NCBI RefSeq assembly: GCF_021028975.2
Contig: NC_059440.1
Coordinates: forward strand, 27,280,001 to 27,344,000
From: Sphaerodactylus townsendi
Lineage: Eukaryota
Length of the DNA: 64,000 nucleotides
Direction of reading: 5' to 3'
The notes below the pieces were generated by a model that saw nothing but the letters and a program-made list of their open reading frames with translations, was not told where the DNA came from and did no database searches. Positions 61,227 to 64,000 of the stretch are shown one piece after another. Every line of letters starts with the position of its first letter. The first letter of the stretch is position 1. Made by a program: the position numbers and the translations under genes.

Positions 61227-61329
61227 ATGGATTGTCGAAGGCTTTCACAGCCGGACTCAACTGGTCATCGTGGGCTTTCCAGCTGTGCGGCCATGGATGG
61301 CACCACAGCCTGGAAAGCCCACAACAACC
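61227..61329. mobile_element. Penelope-derived inverted fragment in CCNL2 intron 9
   Basis: TGGGCTTTCCAG...CTGGAAAGCCCA arms, flanked by direct repeat CATTTTTTGTTGG (61214, 61330). Confidence 0.65.
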
Positions 61330-61883
61330 CATTTTTTGTTGGCTTTGTACCCAGGGTAGCTTTCCCATGCTGCATCATCTGCTGTCTGACTCAGTAAAGT
61401 CCTGTGTACAGGTCTCCCAAATATATTTTTCCGAAGCTGCCACCGCTTAAGTAACTTGTTCAGTGTCCAGATAAGTCTGAGATCCACCTCTCATATTTAA
61501 CTGTTCTCTTGGACAAATACAACCCTGCTGAAGCCTGCTTGCAATTTTTAATGTCTTTCTGAGTCAGATCTCGTTCTGAGATTTCATTAGCCCCCTATGT
61601 TTTCAGACATGCTTTCACAGCTGAGAAAGTAGAAACTGACTCGGGGGGGGGGGGCGGTGGGGGGGCGGAATGAGAATCCGCAGGAAACACGATGCCCATT
61701 CTCCTCTCAAAGGTTCCGCACAACCTAGACCTACACAGCATGTGCCAGTCATAAAATGGCATTGGGAAGAGACTGAATTGGGACTCAGTCCCTCCTTCAG
61801 ACAAAGAGATTATTCCCAGCGTTGTCTGGACTTTCAGGCATGTGACTGAGGTGCTGATCCTCTTGCTTTATTTTCCCTCGCAG

Positions 61884-61976
61884 TGTCCAGAAAGGCAGAG
61901 AAAGCAGGAGCCGGAGTGGAAGCAGAGACCCAAGTTATTCCAGGTCTCCTTCGAGGTCGCCAACACCAAAACAAAG
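61884..61976 (+). CDS. CCNL2: CCNL2 exon 10 (RS domain)
   Basis: VQKGRESRSRSGSRDPSYSRSPSRSPTPKQ; acceptor CCCTCGCAG, donor AG|GTGGGT. Confidence 0.92.
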
Positions 61977-62482
61977 GTGGGTCCTCGAGTGCTGTGCAGG
62001 GGGCTATGGACCCGCAGAAAGCTGAGCTGAAAAGAGAGCAGCCCAGACCCCGCTCTGAGGAATGAAGTCTCTGTCTTCATGCCAAGCAGGAAGAGTTCCC
62101 TGCATGCTGGGCTCTGGAGTTGCTCCAGTTTAAGCACATCCATGTCAATGAACTTAGACTGGAGCAACTCTACATAGGATTGGACTGTAAAAGATCGAAG
62201 CTCTTTGCTTCTTGTACTAGCCAGTGTAATTACCCAGAATTCTATTCAAAACAGCTGGGTGGCGGCAGCCAGAGCATTAGTGATTTGGGATGGGGCTGCC
62301 CCTGGAGTATATGCTGGGCTGCGGTGGAGCATTGTTGGTGACTTTCTTTGTAGGAAGTTTGGCTTCTTTCCTTTGCACTCTTCTGCCATGTCAGTGCTAT
62401 GTGTAAGAAAGCTTCTGGGGGCAGGGCGGCCAGAAGCTGCTTGGCAGAAAATGTAACGCCTGTTTTTCCTCCCTCCCAACAG

Positions 62483-62840
62483 GAAGAGCGAGAGCTATTC
62501 CCCCTCAAGTGGCTCCAAATCTCACAGCCGCTCGAGAAGCCGCAGCGACTCTCCCCCACGGCAGTTCAACCACAGCAGTTCCAGTTACAAAGGCTCCAAG
62601 GTGAGGAGCTACAAAAAGGCCCAGAGCTACAAGTACGCCTCCCCCAAGCCGCGGAAATCACGCAGCAGGAGCTCCTCACGGTCCCGGAGCCGCTCACGGG
62701 AGCGTTCCGACCACTCTGGGAAATACAAGAAGAAGAGCCACTACTACAGGGACCAGCGGCCCGAGCGGCCCCACTCGTACGAGAGGCCGAGTCACCGCTA
62801 CGACAGAGACCACCCAGGCCACAGCCGGCATCGGAGATGA
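62483..62840 (+). CDS. CCNL2: CCNL2 exon 11 (last, RS domain)
   Basis: [26 protein letters not shown]...[11 protein letters not shown] then TGA. Total CDS 1614 nt (537 aa). Confidence 0.95.
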
Positions 62841-63214
62841 GTGGCGCCAGCGAACAGCCGAAGGAAGCCCCTCTTCATTCCGGATTTGCTGGGCGTGTCT
62901 CATCATTGCAGTCGGAGGATCTGTGAATTCATCCGTCTTGACAGTATTGAAATGGGCTTGTGTTGAAATCAGGTCCATTTTAGCTCTTCTCTCTGGTACT
63001 GTGGAGAGGTTGTGCTACTTCCTGGATCTTTCATCTGTTCTTAATATCGGACTGGAGATGCTGCTTTGCACTGTAGGAACGGGAATCGTGTTCTGAGATC
63101 GTTTGACTCTTCGGAGAGAGCCGTCTTCGCACAGGCTGTTGACTTTGGTGACGTCCCTTTCCCCAAAGCATCTTGGAAGCACAGCCCTTGTGACATTGAT
63201 TGGTGCTAACAGTA

Positions 63215-63225
<11 letters not shown>

Positions 63226-63246
<21 letters not shown>
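63226..63246. repeat. (CT)n microsatellite in the CCNL2 3' region
   Basis: Short CT run. Confidence 0.85.
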
Positions 63247-63520
63247 GTTTTGGGGCTTTTTGCCCACAACGGACAGGATTGCATTGTATAACACAAGGTG
63301 ATGATTTGATTTTTAGATTCGATGCCTATATTAGGCAGATTTTTTTGTACATACCCGATGTTGAACAGTAAGGACAGAGAAAGGCCTTAATATAATCCTC
63401 TAAACTTTACCCACAGATTGCAAATGCATTGGGGGGGAGGGGAGCTTGCGACCTACATATTGAATATTCAGAACTTCAGATTCCTCAACTGAAGACCTGC
63501 TTTTTTTGTTTTCCTTTTGC

Positions 63521-63843
63521 ATTAAAGAACTCTGTGGAAATGTGAAAAGTATTTAGATTTTGTGTGTCGAAAGTGGTCTGTTTTTTTAAACTGGTGGAAT
63601 GCCTGGTGCTGCCCACCGGCTCAGGACTTTGGGCCATTTTCATATAATACAGCATTTATGTGGTTTAGATAAAACTCTCTACTCAGGATCTTTAAAAAAA
63701 ATGCTGAAAAAACCGATCGCTTGTCCATGCTTTGCTTGCTTAAGAGAAAGGTGTTTATATTAAAAACAAATGTACATGGCGCAGGAATATCCGTTTTAGT
63801 GGTATTACCGGAGCCTGTTCTCCTTTTCCCCAATTTCATTAAA
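63521..63843 (+). terminator. Candidate CCNL2 polyadenylation signals (ATTAAA at 63521, 63758, 63838)
   Basis: Hexamers in an AU-rich 3' UTR, with UGUA elements upstream and GU-rich sequence downstream. Confidence 0.45.
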
Positions 63844-64000
63844 GTATTTGATTTTGTATTTAAACACGCTGCCTGTGTGTCCCGGACTGTGTTCAGTAGC
63901 GGAATAAGGAACTTGTGAGTTACGGAAAGGCAACCTTCGGTTCTTCTGGTTTCTTTTGACCCTGGGTGTCATGCCGCAGTGCCAAATGTGCTGTTGAGTT

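Noticed and set aside
62399-62926. 175-aa alternative-frame ORF over the last CCNL2 exon
   Set aside because: Shadow frame of low-complexity RS-coding sequence; it starts in an intron.

Overview
Vertebrate nuclear DNA, almost certainly a squamate and most likely a gecko (judged from the SINE, LINE and MITE families). There are three assembly gaps (425-645, 3396-3685, 51411-51539). The window holds a conserved block syntenic to human 1p36.33. TMEM88B (- strand) has only its first coding exon here (10780-10511). ANKRD65 (+) has 3 coding exons and gives 403 aa, MRPL20 (+) has 4 exons and 148 aa, and CCNL2 (+) has 11 exons and 537 aa. I traced the exons by hand: every intron is GT-AG and the phases join without stops. 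The rest is mostly repeats: about 19 Squam3-like tRNA SINEs, 5S-derived SINEs, CR1 and RTEX-like LINE fragments, Penelope relics, and hAT, Harbinger and mariner MITEs, many with readable target-site duplications (TSDs). I see no new multi-gene system. The most interesting items are: (1) a SINE inserted into the ANKRD65 exon 2 acceptor whose tail carries a private A>T change creating a canonical branch point; (2) the CCNL2 intron-5 truncating/poison exon cassette; (3) a 102-bp inverted templated duplication in the TMEM88B intron; (4) a fold-back array with telomere-like motifs; (5) a candidate 44-nt TMEM88B exon. Gene and repeat family names come from my recall of homologues, not from a database search. 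Repeat boundaries are approximate unless a TSD is quoted.
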